Source: a virus (lineage: Duplodnaviria > Heunggongvirae > Uroviricota > Caudoviricetes). From it: a stretch of 64,000 nt of DNA. The notes beneath the pieces are model-generated. The model had not been told where the DNA came from and did not search any database. It saw nothing but the letters and a program-made list of their open reading frames with translations. Made by a program: the position numbers and the translations under genes. Positions 41,501 to 53,574 of this stretch are shown here, in pieces (positions within the stretch are counted from its first letter, which is position 1; the number at the start of each line of letters is the position of its first letter). The stretch lies in IMG/VR virus record IMGVR_UViG_2897328257_000003; one strand, given 5' to 3'.

Positions 41501-44500
41501 NNNNNNNNNNNNNNNNNNNNNNNNNNNNNNNNNNNNNNNNNNNNNNNNNNNNNNNNNNNNNNNNNNNNNNNNNNNNNNNNNNNNNNNNNNNNNNNNNNNN
41601 NNNNNNNNNNNNNNNNNNNNNNNNNNNNNNNNNNNNNNNNNNNNNNNNNNNNNNNNNNNNNNNNNNNNNNNNNNNNNNNNNNNNNNNNNNNNNNNNNNNN
41701 NNNNNNNNNNNNNNNNNNNNNNNNNNNNNNNNNNNNNNNNNNNNNNNNNNNNNNNNNNNNNNNNNNNNNNNNNNNNNNNNNNNNNNNNNNNNNNNNNNNN
41801 NNNNNNNNNNNNNNNNNNNNNNNNNNNNNNNNNNNNNNNNNNNNNNNNNNNNNNNNNNNNNNNNNNNNNNNNNNNNNNNNNNNNNNNNNNNNNNNNNNNN
41901 NNNNNNNNNNNNNNNNNNNNNNNNNNNNNNNNNNNNNNNNNNNNNNNNNNNNNNNNNNNNNNNNNNNNNNNNNNNNNNNNNNNNNNNNNNNNNNNNNNNN
42001 NNNNNNNNNNNNNNNNNNNNNNNNNNNNNNNNNNNNNNNNNNNNNNNNNNNNNNNNNNNNNNNNNNNNNNNNNNNNNNNNNNNNNNNNNNNNNNNNNNNN
42101 NNNNNNNNNNNNNNNNNNNNNNNNNNNNNNNNNNNNNNNNNNNNNNNNNNNNNNNNNNNNNNNNNNNNNNNNNNNNNNNNNNNNNNNNNNNNNNNNNNNN
42201 NNNNNNNNNNNNNNNNNNNNNNNNNNNNNNNNNNNNNNNNNNNNNNNNNNNNNNNNNNNNNNNNNNNNNNNNNNNNNNNNNNNNNNNNNNNNNNNNNNNN
42301 NNNNNNNNNNNNNNNNNNNNNNNNNNNNNNNNNNNNNNNNNNNNNNNNNNNNNNNNNNNNNNNNNNNNNNNNNNNNNNNNNNNNNNNNNNNNNNNNNNNN
42401 NNNNNNNNNNNNNNNNNNNNNNNNNNNNNNNNNNNNNNNNNNNNNNNNNNNNNNNNNNNNNNNNNNNNNNNNNNNNNNNNNNNNNNNNNNNNNNNNNNNN
42501 NNNNNNNNNNNNNNNNNNNNNNNNNNNNNNNNNNNNNNNNNNNNNNNNNNNNNNNNNNNNNNNNNNNNNNNNNNNNNNNNNNNNNNNNNNNNNNNNNNNN
42601 NNNNNNNNNNNNNNNNNNNNNNNNNNNNNNNNNNNNNNNNNNNNNNNNNNNNNNNNNNNNNNNNNNNNNNNNNNNNNNNNNNNNNNNNNNNNNNNNNNNN
42701 NNNNNNNNNNNNNNNNNNNNNNNNNNNNNNNNNNNNNNNNNNNNNNNNNNNNNNNNNNNNNNNNNNNNNNNNNNNNNNNNNNNNNNNNNNNNNNNNNNNN
42801 NNNNNNNNNNNNNNNNNNNNNNNNNNNNNNNNNNNNNNNNNNNNNNNNNNNNNNNNNNNNNNNNNNNNNNNNNNNNNNNNNNNNNNNNNNNNNNNNNNNN
42901 NNNNNNNNNNNNNNNNNNNNNNNNNNNNNNNNNNNNNNNNNNNNNNNNNNNNNNNNNNNNNNNNNNNNNNNNNNNNNNNNNNNNNNNNNNNNNNNNNNNN
43001 NNNNNNNNNNNNNNNNNNNNNNNNNNNNNNNNNNNNNNNNNNNNNNNNNNNNNNNNNNNNNNNNNNNNNNNNNNNNNNNNNNNNNNNNNNNNNNNNNNNN
43101 NNNNNNNNNNNNNNNNNNNNNNNNNNNNNNNNNNNNNNNNNNNNNNNNNNNNNNNNNNNNNNNNNNNNNNNNNNNNNNNNNNNNNNNNNNNNNNNNNNNN
43201 NNNNNNNNNNNNNNNNNNNNNNNNNNNNNNNNNNNNNNNNNNNNNNNNNNNNNNNNNNNNNNNNNNNNNNNNNNNNNNNNNNNNNNNNNNNNNNNNNNNN
43301 NNNNNNNNNNNNNNNNNNNNNNNNNNNNNNNNNNNNNNNNNNNNNNNNNNNNNNNNNNNNNNNNNNNNNNNNNNNNNNNNNNNNNNNNNNNNNNNNNNNN
43401 NNNNNNNNNNNNNNNNNNNNNNNNNNNNNNNNNNNNNNNNNNNNNNNNNNNNNNNNNNNNNNNNNNNNNNNNNNNNNNNNNNNNNNNNNNNNNNNNNNNN
43501 NNNNNNNNNNNNNNNNNNNNNNNNNNNNNNNNNNNNNNNNNNNNNNNNNNNNNNNNNNNNNNNNNNNNNNNNNNNNNNNNNNNNNNNNNNNNNNNNNNNN
43601 NNNNNNNNNNNNNNNNNNNNNNNNNNNNNNNNNNNNNNNNNNNNNNNNNNNNNNNNNNNNNNNNNNNNNNNNNNNNNNNNNNNNNNNNNNNNNNNNNNNN
43701 NNNNNNNNNNNNNNNNNNNNNNNNNNNNNNNNNNNNNNNNNNNNNNNNNNNNNNNNNNNNNNNNNNNNNNNNNNNNNNNNNNNNNNNNNNNNNNNNNNNN
43801 NNNNNNNNNNNNNNNNNNNNNNNNNNNNNNNNNNNNNNNNNNNNNNNNNNNNNNNNNNNNNNNNNNNNNNNNNNNNNNNNNNNNNNNNNNNNNNNNNNNN
43901 NNNNNNNNNNNNNNNNNNNNNNNNNNNNNNNNNNNNNNNNNNNNNNNNNNNNNNNNNNNNNNNNNNNNNNNNNNNNNNNNNNNNNNNNNNNNNNNNNNNN
44001 NNNNNNNNNNNNNNNNNNNNNNNNNNNNNNNNNNNNNNNNNNNNNNNNNNNNNNNNNNNNNNNNNNNNNNNNNNNNNNNNNNNNNNNNNNNNNNNNNNNN
44101 NNNNNNNNNNNNNNNNNNNNNNNNNNNNNNNNNNNNNNNNNNNNNNNNNNNNNNNNNNNNNNNNNNNNNNNNNNNNNNNNNNNNNNNNNNNNNNNNNNNN
44201 NNNNNNNNNNNNNNNNNNNNNNNNNNNNNNNNNNNNNNNNNNNNNNNNNNNNNNNNNNNNNNNNNNNNNNNNNNNNNNNNNNNNNNNNNNNNNNNNNNNN
44301 NNNNNNNNNNNNNNNNNNNNNNNNNNNNNNNNNNNNNNNNNNNNNNNNNNNNNNNNNNNNNNNNNNNNNNNNNNNNNNNNNNNNNNNNNNNNNNNNNNNN
44401 NNNNNNNNNNNNNNNNNNNNNNNNNNNNNNNNNNNNNNNNNNNNNNNNNNNNNNNNNNNNNNNNNNNNNNNNNNNNNNNNNNNNNNNNNNNNNNNNNNNN

Positions 44501-47500
44501 NNNNNNNNNNNNNNNNNNNNNNNNNNNNNNNNNNNNNNNNNNNNNNNNNNNNNNNNNNNNNNNNNNNNNNNNNNNNNNNNNNNNNNNNNNNNNNNNNNNN
44601 NNNNNNNNNNNNNNNNNNNNNNNNNNNNNNNNNNNNNNNNNNNNNNNNNNNNNNNNNNNNNNNNNNNNNNNNNNNNNNNNNNNNNNNNNNNNNNNNNNNN
44701 NNNNNNNNNNNNNNNNNNNNNNNNNNNNNNNNNNNNNNNNNNNNNNNNNNNNNNNNNNNNNNNNNNNNNNNNNNNNNNNNNNNNNNNNNNNNNNNNNNNN
44801 NNNNNNNNNNNNNNNNNNNNNNNNNNNNNNNNNNNNNNNNNNNNNNNNNNNNNNNNNNNNNNNNNNNNNNNNNNNNNNNNNNNNNNNNNNNNNNNNNNNN
44901 NNNNNNNNNNNNNNNNNNNNNNNNNNNNNNNNNNNNNNNNNNNNNNNNNNNNNNNNNNNNNNNNNNNNNNNNNNNNNNNNNNNNNNNNNNNNNNNNNNNN
45001 NNNNNNNNNNNNNNNNNNNNNNNNNNNNNNNNNNNNNNNNNNNNNNNNNNNNNNNNNNNNNNNNNNNNNNNNNNNNNNNNNNNNNNNNNNNNNNNNNNNN
45101 NNNNNNNNNNNNNNNNNNNNNNNNNNNNNNNNNNNNNNNNNNNNNNNNNNNNNNNNNNNNNNNNNNNNNNNNNNNNNNNNNNNNNNNNNNNNNNNNNNNN
45201 NNNNNNNNNNNNNNNNNNNNNNNNNNNNNNNNNNNNNNNNNNNNNNNNNNNNNNNNNNNNNNNNNNNNNNNNNNNNNNNNNNNNNNNNNNNNNNNNNNNN
45301 NNNNNNNNNNNNNNNNNNNNNNNNNNNNNNNNNNNNNNNNNNNNNNNNNNNNNNNNNNNNNNNNNNNNNNNNNNNNNNNNNNNNNNNNNNNNNNNNNNNN
45401 NNNNNNNNNNNNNNNNNNNNNNNNNNNNNNNNNNNNNNNNNNNNNNNNNNNNNNNNNNNNNNNNNNNNNNNNNNNNNNNNNNNNNNNNNNNNNNNNNNNN
45501 NNNNNNNNNNNNNNNNNNNNNNNNNNNNNNNNNNNNNNNNNNNNNNNNNNNNNNNNNNNNNNNNNNNNNNNNNNNNNNNNNNNNNNNNNNNNNNNNNNNN
45601 NNNNNNNNNNNNNNNNNNNNNNNNNNNNNNNNNNNNNNNNNNNNNNNNNNNNNNNNNNNNNNNNNNNNNNNNNNNNNNNNNNNNNNNNNNNNNNNNNNNN
45701 NNNNNNNNNNNNNNNNNNNNNNNNNNNNNNNNNNNNNNNNNNNNNNNNNNNNNNNNNNNNNNNNNNNNNNNNNNNNNNNNNNNNNNNNNNNNNNNNNNNN
45801 NNNNNNNNNNNNNNNNNNNNNNNNNNNNNNNNNNNNNNNNNNNNNNNNNNNNNNNNNNNNNNNNNNNNNNNNNNNNNNNNNNNNNNNNNNNNNNNNNNNN
45901 NNNNNNNNNNNNNNNNNNNNNNNNNNNNNNNNNNNNNNNNNNNNNNNNNNNNNNNNNNNNNNNNNNNNNNNNNNNNNNNNNNNNNNNNNNNNNNNNNNNN
46001 NNNNNNNNNNNNNNNNNNNNNNNNNNNNNNNNNNNNNNNNNNNNNNNNNNNNNNNNNNNNNNNNNNNNNNNNNNNNNNNNNNNNNNNNNNNNNNNNNNNN
46101 NNNNNNNNNNNNNNNNNNNNNNNNNNNNNNNNNNNNNNNNNNNNNNNNNNNNNNNNNNNNNNNNNNNNNNNNNNNNNNNNNNNNNNNNNNNNNNNNNNNN
46201 NNNNNNNNNNNNNNNNNNNNNNNNNNNNNNNNNNNNNNNNNNNNNNNNNNNNNNNNNNNNNNNNNNNNNNNNNNNNNNNNNNNNNNNNNNNNNNNNNNNN
46301 NNNNNNNNNNNNNNNNNNNNNNNNNNNNNNNNNNNNNNNNNNNNNNNNNNNNNNNNNNNNNNNNNNNNNNNNNNNNNNNNNNNNNNNNNNNNNNNNNNNN
46401 NNNNNNNNNNNNNNNNNNNNNNNNNNNNNNNNNNNNNNNNNNNNNNNNNNNNNNNNNNNNNNNNNNNNNNNNNNNNNNNNNNNNNNNNNNNNNNNNNNNN
46501 NNNNNNNNNNNNNNNNNNNNNNNNNNNNNNNNNNNNNNNNNNNNNNNNNNNNNNNNNNNNNNNNNNNNNNNNNNNNNNNNNNNNNNNNNNNNNNNNNNNN
46601 NNNNNNNNNNNNNNNNNNNNNNNNNNNNNNNNNNNNNNNNNNNNNNNNNNNNNNNNNNNNNNNNNNNNNNNNNNNNNNNNNNNNNNNNNNNNNNNNNNNN
46701 NNNNNNNNNNNNNNNNNNNNNNNNNNNNNNNNNNNNNNNNNNNNNNNNNNNNNNNNNNNNNNNNNNNNNNNNNNNNNNNNNNNNNNNNNNNNNNNNNNNN
46801 NNNNNNNNNNNNNNNNNNNNNNNNNNNNNNNNNNNNNNNNNNNNNNNNNNNNNNNNNNNNNNNNNNNNNNNNNNNNNNNNNNNNNNNNNNNNNNNNNNNN
46901 NNNNNNNNNNNNNNNNNNNNNNNNNNNNNNNNNNNNNNNNNNNNNNNNNNNNNNNNNNNNNNNNNNNNNNNNNNNNNNNNNNNNNNNNNNNNNNNNNNNN
47001 NNNNNNNNNNNNNNNNNNNNNNNNNNNNNNNNNNNNNNNNNNNNNNNNNNNNNNNNNNNNNNNNNNNNNNNNNNNNNNNNNNNNNNNNNNNNNNNNNNNN
47101 NNNNNNNNNNNNNNNNNNNNNNNNNNNNNNNNNNNNNNNNNNNNNNNNNNNNNNNNNNNNNNNNNNNNNNNNNNNNNNNNNNNNNNNNNNNNNNNNNNNN
47201 NNNNNNNNNNNNNNNNNNNNNNNNNNNNNNNNNNNNNNNNNNNNNNNNNNNNNNNNNNNNNNNNNNNNNNNNNNNNNNNNNNNNNNNNNNNNNNNNNNNN
47301 NNNNNNNNNNNNNNNNNNNNNNNNNNNNNNNNNNNNNNNNNNNNNNNNNNNNNNNNNNNNNNNNNNNNNNNNNNNNNNNNNNNNNNNNNNNNNNNNNNNN
47401 NNNNNNNNNNNNNNNNNNNNNNNNNNNNNNNNNNNNNNNNNNNNNNNNNNNNNNNNNNNNNNNNNNNNNNNNNNNNNNNNNNNNNNNNNNNNNNNNNNNN

Positions 47501-50500
47501 NNNNNNNNNNNNNNNNNNNNNNNNNNNNNNNNNNNNNNNNNNNNNNNNNNNNNNNNNNNNNNNNNNNNNNNNNNNNNNNNNNNNNNNNNNNNNNNNNNNN
47601 NNNNNNNNNNNNNNNNNNNNNNNNNNNNNNNNNNNNNNNNNNNNNNNNNNNNNNNNNNNNNNNNNNNNNNNNNNNNNNNNNNNNNNNNNNNNNNNNNNNN
47701 NNNNNNNNNNNNNNNNNNNNNNNNNNNNNNNNNNNNNNNNNNNNNNNNNNNNNNNNNNNNNNNNNNNNNNNNNNNNNNNNNNNNNNNNNNNNNNNNNNNN
47801 NNNNNNNNNNNNNNNNNNNNNNNNNNNNNNNNNNNNNNNNNNNNNNNNNNNNNNNNNNNNNNNNNNNNNNNNNNNNNNNNNNNNNNNNNNNNNNNNNNNN
47901 NNNNNNNNNNNNNNNNNNNNNNNNNNNNNNNNNNNNNNNNNNNNNNNNNNNNNNNNNNNNNNNNNNNNNNNNNNNNNNNNNNNNNNNNNNNNNNNNNNNN
48001 NNNNNNNNNNNNNNNNNNNNNNNNNNNNNNNNNNNNNNNNNNNNNNNNNNNNNNNNNNNNNNNNNNNNNNNNNNNNNNNNNNNNNNNNNNNNNNNNNNNN
48101 NNNNNNNNNNNNNNNNNNNNNNNNNNNNNNNNNNNNNNNNNNNNNNNNNNNNNNNNNNNNNNNNNNNNNNNNNNNNNNNNNNNNNNNNNNNNNNNNNNNN
48201 NNNNNNNNNNNNNNNNNNNNNNNNNNNNNNNNNNNNNNNNNNNNNNNNNNNNNNNNNNNNNNNNNNNNNNNNNNNNNNNNNNNNNNNNNNNNNNNNNNNN
48301 NNNNNNNNNNNNNNNNNNNNNNNNNNNNNNNNNNNNNNNNNNNNNNNNNNNNNNNNNNNNNNNNNNNNNNNNNNNNNNNNNNNNNNNNNNNNNNNNNNNN
48401 NNNNNNNNNNNNNNNNNNNNNNNNNNNNNNNNNNNNNNNNNNNNNNNNNNNNNNNNNNNNNNNNNNNNNNNNNNNNNNNNNNNNNNNNNNNNNNNNNNNN
48501 NNNNNNNNNNNNNNNNNNNNNNNNNNNNNNNNNNNNNNNNNNNNNNNNNNNNNNNNNNNNNNNNNNNNNNNNNNNNNNNNNNNNNNNNNNNNNNNNNNNN
48601 NNNNNNNNNNNNNNNNNNNNNNNNNNNNNNNNNNNNNNNNNNNNNNNNNNNNNNNNNNNNNNNNNNNNNNNNNNNNNNNNNNNNNNNNNNNNNNNNNNNN
48701 NNNNNNNNNNNNNNNNNNNNNNNNNNNNNNNNNNNNNNNNNNNNNNNNNNNNNNNNNNNNNNNNNNNNNNNNNNNNNNNNNNNNNNNNNNNNNNNNNNNN
48801 NNNNNNNNNNNNNNNNNNNNNNNNNNNNNNNNNNNNNNNNNNNNNNNNNNNNNNNNNNNNNNNNNNNNNNNNNNNNNNNNNNNNNNNNNNNNNNNNNNNN
48901 NNNNNNNNNNNNNNNNNNNNNNNNNNNNNNNNNNNNNNNNNNNNNNNNNNNNNNNNNNNNNNNNNNNNNNNNNNNNNNNNNNNNNNNNNNNNNNNNNNNN
49001 NNNNNNNNNNNNNNNNNNNNNNNNNNNNNNNNNNNNNNNNNNNNNNNNNNNNNNNNNNNNNNNNNNNNNNNNNNNNNNNNNNNNNNNNNNNNNNNNNNNN
49101 NNNNNNNNNNNNNNNNNNNNNNNNNNNNNNNNNNNNNNNNNNNNNNNNNNNNNNNNNNNNNNNNNNNNNNNNNNNNNNNNNNNNNNNNNNNNNNNNNNNN
49201 NNNNNNNNNNNNNNNNNNNNNNNNNNNNNNNNNNNNNNNNNNNNNNNNNNNNNNNNNNNNNNNNNNNNNNNNNNNNNNNNNNNNNNNNNNNNNNNNNNNN
49301 NNNNNNNNNNNNNNNNNNNNNNNNNNNNNNNNNNNNNNNNNNNNNNNNNNNNNNNNNNNNNNNNNNNNNNNNNNNNNNNNNNNNNNNNNNNNNNNNNNNN
49401 NNNNNNNNNNNNNNNNNNNNNNNNNNNNNNNNNNNNNNNNNNNNNNNNNNNNNNNNNNNNNNNNNNNNNNNNNNNNNNNNNNNNNNNNNNNNNNNNNNNN
49501 NNNNNNNNNNNNNNNNNNNNNNNNNNNNNNNNNNNNNNNNNNNNNNNNNNNNNNNNNNNNNNNNNNNNNNNNNNNNNNNNNNNNNNNNNNNNNNNNNNNN
49601 NNNNNNNNNNNNNNNNNNNNNNNNNNNNNNNNNNNNNNNNNNNNNNNNNNNNNNNNNNNNNNNNNNNNNNNNNNNNNNNNNNNNNNNNNNNNNNNNNNNN
49701 NNNNNNNNNNNNNNNNNNNNNNNNNNNNNNNNNNNNNNNNNNNNNNNNNNNNNNNNNNNNNNNNNNNNNNNNNNNNNNNNNNNNNNNNNNNNNNNNNNNN
49801 NNNNNNNNNNNNNNNNNNNNNNNNNNNNNNNNNNNNNNNNNNNNNNNNNNNNNNNNNNNNNNNNNNNNNNNNNNNNNNNNNNNNNNNNNNNNNNNNNNNN
49901 NNNNNNNNNNNNNNNNNNNNNNNNNNNNNNNNNNNNNNNNNNNNNNNNNNNNNNNNNNNNNNNNNNNNNNNNNNNNNNNNNNNNNNNNNNNNNNNNNNNN
50001 NNNNNNNNNNNNNNNNNNNNNNNNNNNNNNNNNNNNNNNNNNNNNNNNNNNNNNNNNNNNNNNNNNNNNNNNNNNNNNNNNNNNNNNNNNNNNNNNNNNN
50101 NNNNNNNNNNNNNNNNNNNNNNNNNNNNNNNNNNNNNNNNNNNNNNNNNNNNNNNNNNNNNNNNNNNNNNNNNNNNNNNNNNNNNNNNNNNNNNNNNNNN
50201 NNNNNNNNNNNNNNNNNNNNNNNNNNNNNNNNNNNNNNNNNNNNNNNNNNNNNNNNNNNNNNNNNNNNNNNNNNNNNNNNNNNNNNNNNNNNNNNNNNNN
50301 NNNNNNNNNNNNNNNNNNNNNNNNNNNNNNNNNNNNNNNNNNNNNNNNNNNNNNNNNNNNNNNNNNNNNNNNNNNNNNNNNNNNNNNNNNNNNNNNNNNN
50401 NNNNNNNNNNNNNNNNNNNNNNNNNNNNNNNNNNNNNNNNNNNNNNNNNNNNNNNNNNNNNNNNNNNNNNNNNNNNNNNNNNNNNNNNNNNNNNNNNNNN

Positions 50501-52025
50501 NNNNNNNNNNNNNNNNNNNNNNNNNNNNNNNNNNNNNNNNNNNNNNNNNNNNNNNNNNNNNNNNNNNNNNNNNNNNNNNNNNNNNNNNNNNNNNNNNNNN
50601 NNNNNNNNNNNNNNNNNNNNNNNNNNNNNNNNNNNNNNNNNNNNNNNNNNNNNNNNNNNNNNNNNNNNNNNNNNNNNNNNNNNNNNNNNNNNNNNNNNNN
50701 NNNNNNNNNNNNNNNNNNNNNNNNNNNNNNNNNNNNNNNNNNNNNNNNNNNNNNNNNNNNNNNNNNNNNNNNNNNNNNNNNNNNNNNNNNNNNNNNNNNN
50801 NNNNNNNNNNNNNNNNNNNNNNNNNNNNNNNNNNNNNNNNNNNNNNNNNNNNNNNNNNNNNNNNNNNNNNNNNNNNNNNNNNNNNNNNNNNNNNNNNNNN
50901 NNNNNNNNNNNNNNNNNNNNNNNNNNNNNNNNNNNNNNNNNNNNNNNNNNNNNNNNNNNNNNNNNNNNNNNNNNNNNNNNNNNNNNNNNNNNNNNNNNNN
51001 NNNNNNNNNNNNNNNNNNNNNNNNNNNNNNNNNNNNNNNNNNNNNNNNNNNNNNNNNNNNNNNNNNNNNNNNNNNNNNNNNNNNNNNNNNNNNNNNNNNN
51101 NNNNNNNNNNNNNNNNNNNNNNNNNNNNNNNNNNNNNNNNNNNNNNNNNNNNNNNNNNNNNNNNNNNNNNNNNNNNNNNNNNNNNNNNNNNNNNNNNNNN
51201 NNNNNNNNNNNNNNNNNNNNNNNNNNNNNNNNNNNNNNNNNNNNNNNNNNNNNNNNNNNNNNNNNNNNNNNNNNNNNNNNNNNNNNNNNNNNNNNNNNNN
51301 NNNNNNNNNNNNNNNNNNNNNNNNNNNNNNNNNNNNNNNNNNNNNNNNNNNNNNNNNNNNNNNNNNNNNNNNNNNNNNNNNNNNNNNNNNNNNNNNNNNN
51401 NNNNNNNNNNNNNNNNNNNNNNNNNNNNNNNNNNNNNNNNNNNNNNNNNNNNNNNNNNNNNNNNNNNNNNNNNNNNNNNNNNNNNNNNNNNNNNNNNNNN
51501 NNNNNNNNNNNNNNNNNNNNNNNNNNNNNNNNNNNNNNNNNNNNNNNNNNNNNNNNNNNNNNNNNNNNNNNNNNNNNNNNNNNNNNNNNNNNNNNNNNNN
51601 NNNNNNNNNNNNNNNNNNNNNNNNNNNNNNNNNNNNNNNNNNNNNNNNNNNNNNNNNNNNNNNNNNNNNNNNNNNNNNNNNNNNNNNNNNNNNNNNNNNN
51701 NNNNNNNNNNNNNNNNNNNNNNNNNNNNNNNNNNNNNNNNNNNNNNNNNNNNNNNNNNNNNNNNNNNNNNNNNNNNNNNNNNNNNNNNNNNNNNNNNNNN
51801 NNNNNNNNNNNNNNNNNNNNNNNNNNNNNNNNNNNNNNNNNNNNNNNNNNNNNNNNNNNNNNNNNNNNNNNNNNNNNNNNNNNNNNNNNNNNNNNNNNNN
51901 NNNNNNNNNNNNNNNNNNNNNNNNNNNNNNNNNNNNNNNNNNNNNNNNNNNNNNNNNNNNNNNNNNNNNNNNNNNNNNNNNNNNNNNNNNNNNNNNNNNN
52001 NNNNNNNNNNNNNNNNNNNNNNNNN
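11539..52025. other. Unresolved sequence: 40,487-nt run of N
   Basis: Contiguous n characters; all ORF-track entries spanning it are artefacts. Confidence 1.
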
Positions 52026-52062
52026 ACAGGGTTGGCTGGGCACAGGAATAACAGACAAAAAG

Positions 52063-52086
52063 ATGGGGGACCATCACTTCCCCCAT
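52063..52086 (-). terminator. Hairpin followed by a T-run on the minus strand; candidate terminator downstream of the YkgJ-like gene
   Basis: atggggga-ccatcact-tcccccat inverted repeat; minus-strand continuation cttttt. Confidence 0.4.
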
Positions 52087-52215
52087 GAACTGCGTTGATT
52101 ATGTCATTATTGTGAAGAGACCTTACCTACACAGATAAAGAATGCCACGGAAAAGTTAATTCCGGAAGTGACGGAAATCTCATTTTTCGTGCATCCTGTT
52201 GATATGGATGATTTT

Positions 52216-52545
52216 TCAGATTTCCGGAAGTCCGTATTTTGCCCGGGCGCGGTTGCATGCTTCATTCGCGATGCCATTTTCTCCGGACATTGCGAATTCC
52301 CGGCATGTGGACGGACGGTTTTTGTAAACAGAGCAATATGCGTTTTCACCCGGAGTTCCCGCCAGAGCGACACATCGGGGATTTTTCTGACTTGTGCCGC
52401 GCATACAGCGATGAAAGGGGGATATTTGCTCAGTGAGACTGACCGGAACCTTTCCGCCAGCATCGTCAGCTTCTGCCCAGTAAAAAGAGACGCGGAAAAA
52501 TGCACAACAGGCACCACACGTCATGCATGGATTCGGATTGTTCAT
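52216..52545 (-). CDS. YkgJ-like CxxCxxCC zinc/iron-chelating domain protein (UPF0153-like as recalled)
   Basis: 109 aa; N-terminal [17 protein letters not shown].. motif; sits between the N-run and the potB 3' end, i.e. in apparent prophage-end DNA. Confidence 0.65.
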   Translation of the reverse strand: MNNPNPCMTCGACCAFFRVSFYWAEADDAGGKVPVSLTEQISPFHRCMRGTSQKNPRCVALAGTPGENAYCSVYKNRPSTCREFAMSGENGIANEACNRARAKYGLPEI

Positions 52546-52634
52546 TTTTATACTATTTGTTGTTTTTTCAGCGATCAGATCAAAGGGCGCTGAAAAAAAA
52601 CATTCTCCAAAATTAGATTATAACTATTTGATTT

Positions 52635-52668
52635 TATGGATAGAGGCATGCTTTTTACGCAAAAGTAA
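52635..52668. terminator. Perfect 14-bp-stem hairpin just downstream of potB; candidate bidirectional terminator or palindromic binding site
   Basis: ggcatgctttttac-gcaaaa-gtaaaaagcatgcc. Confidence 0.4.
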
Positions 52669-52710
52669 AAAGCATGCCAAATTTGCTATTAACTCTTTGA
52701 ATATTCAGCA

Positions 52711-53574
52711 CTAATCATCTATTTCGGTTGCCTTCTTATTCAGCAGACGAGAAGCGCGCCAGTAAACCAGCAACATCAGGCCCATTACGATAGTCAGCGT
52801 AATGCTGGTGGCTGCACCAAACGGCCAGTCACGAATATTGAGGAACTGGACCTTGATGACGTTACCGATCAGCAGGTTTTTCGCACCGCCCATCAGGTCG
52901 GATACATAGAACAGGCCCATCGCTGGCAGCATCACCAGCAGACATCCGGCAATAATTCCCGGCATCGTCAGTGGAATAATGATACGGATAAAAGTCTGTA
53001 ACTTGCTGGCACCGAGATCGCGCGCCGCCTCAAGCAACGGCTTATCCAGTTTTTCGATACTGGAGTACAGCGGCATCACCATAAACGGTAGCAGAATGTA
53101 AACCAGACCGATAATCACCGCACTGGGCGTGAACATGATACGAATTGGTGTGTCGATAACGCCCAGCCAGAGCAAAAACTCGTTGAGATAGCCTTTGGTG
53201 CTGAGGAAAATTTTCAGCCCGTAGATGCGAATCAGTGAGTTGGTCCAGAAGGGAACAATCAGCAGAAACAGCAGCAGCGGACGCACCTTGTGTGGTAGCT
53301 TCGCTAGAAACCAGGCAAACGGGTAGCCCAGCACCAGGCAGGCGAGGGTGGCGATCAGCGCCATATTCAGCGAGTGCAATAGCACTTCAAAATAGAGCGG
53401 ATCGAGCAGACGCGTGTAGTTATCCAGCGTAAAGACCATTTTGACGAAACTGGCGTCGTCGCGGGTCAAAAAGCTGGTGCCAATGATCATCAGGTTGGGC
53501 AGAAAGACAAACAACACAAGCCAACCGACAATAGTGACAATCACTACATTCTGGAACTTACTTGTGTTCTTCAT
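52711..53574 (-). CDS. potB: Spermidine/putrescine ABC transporter permease PotB, C-terminus apparently altered
   Basis: 287 aa, multi-TM permease, overlaps the potA stop as in the pot operon; ends ..[11 protein letters not shown] and is ~12 aa longer than the 275 aa I recall for K-12 PotB; no potC downstream. Confidence 0.85.
   Translation of the reverse strand: MKNTSKFQNVVIVTIVGWLVLFVFLPNLMIIGTSFLTRDDASFVKMVFTLDNYTRLLDPLYFEVLLHSLNMALIATLACLVLGYPFAWFLAKLPHKVRPLLLFLLIVPFWTNSLIRIYGLKIFLSTKGYLNEFLLWLGVIDTPIRIMFTPSAVIIGLVYILLPFMVMPLYSSIEKLDKPLLEAARDLGASKLQTFIRIIIPLTMPGIIAGCLLVMLPAMGLFYVSDLMGGAKNLLIGNVIKVQFLNIRDWPFGAATSITLTIVMGLMLLVYWRASRLLNKKATEIDD

Larger units (their letters stand above)
1..52735. 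mobile_element. Lambdoid prophage (partial view; left end lies beyond the window start, interior hidden by the N-run, right boundary approximate at the potB 3' end)
   Basis: Canonical order int-xis-exo ... repressor / cro-like / replication genes on the left; prophage-type sequence resumes after the gap and runs up to an altered potB 3' end; potC not adjacent to potB. Confidence 0.75.

Noticed and set aside
11311-52098. Four giant ORFs (~13,500 aa) in the ORF track spanning the N-run
   Set aside because: They are translations of N as X; no stop codons can occur in N, so they are artefacts.
52107-52593. Alternative ORFs overlapping the YkgJ-like gene (52107..52517 -, 52168..52593 +, 52239..52436 +)
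   Set aside because: Only the 52216..52545 frame gives the recognisable CxxCxxCC motif.
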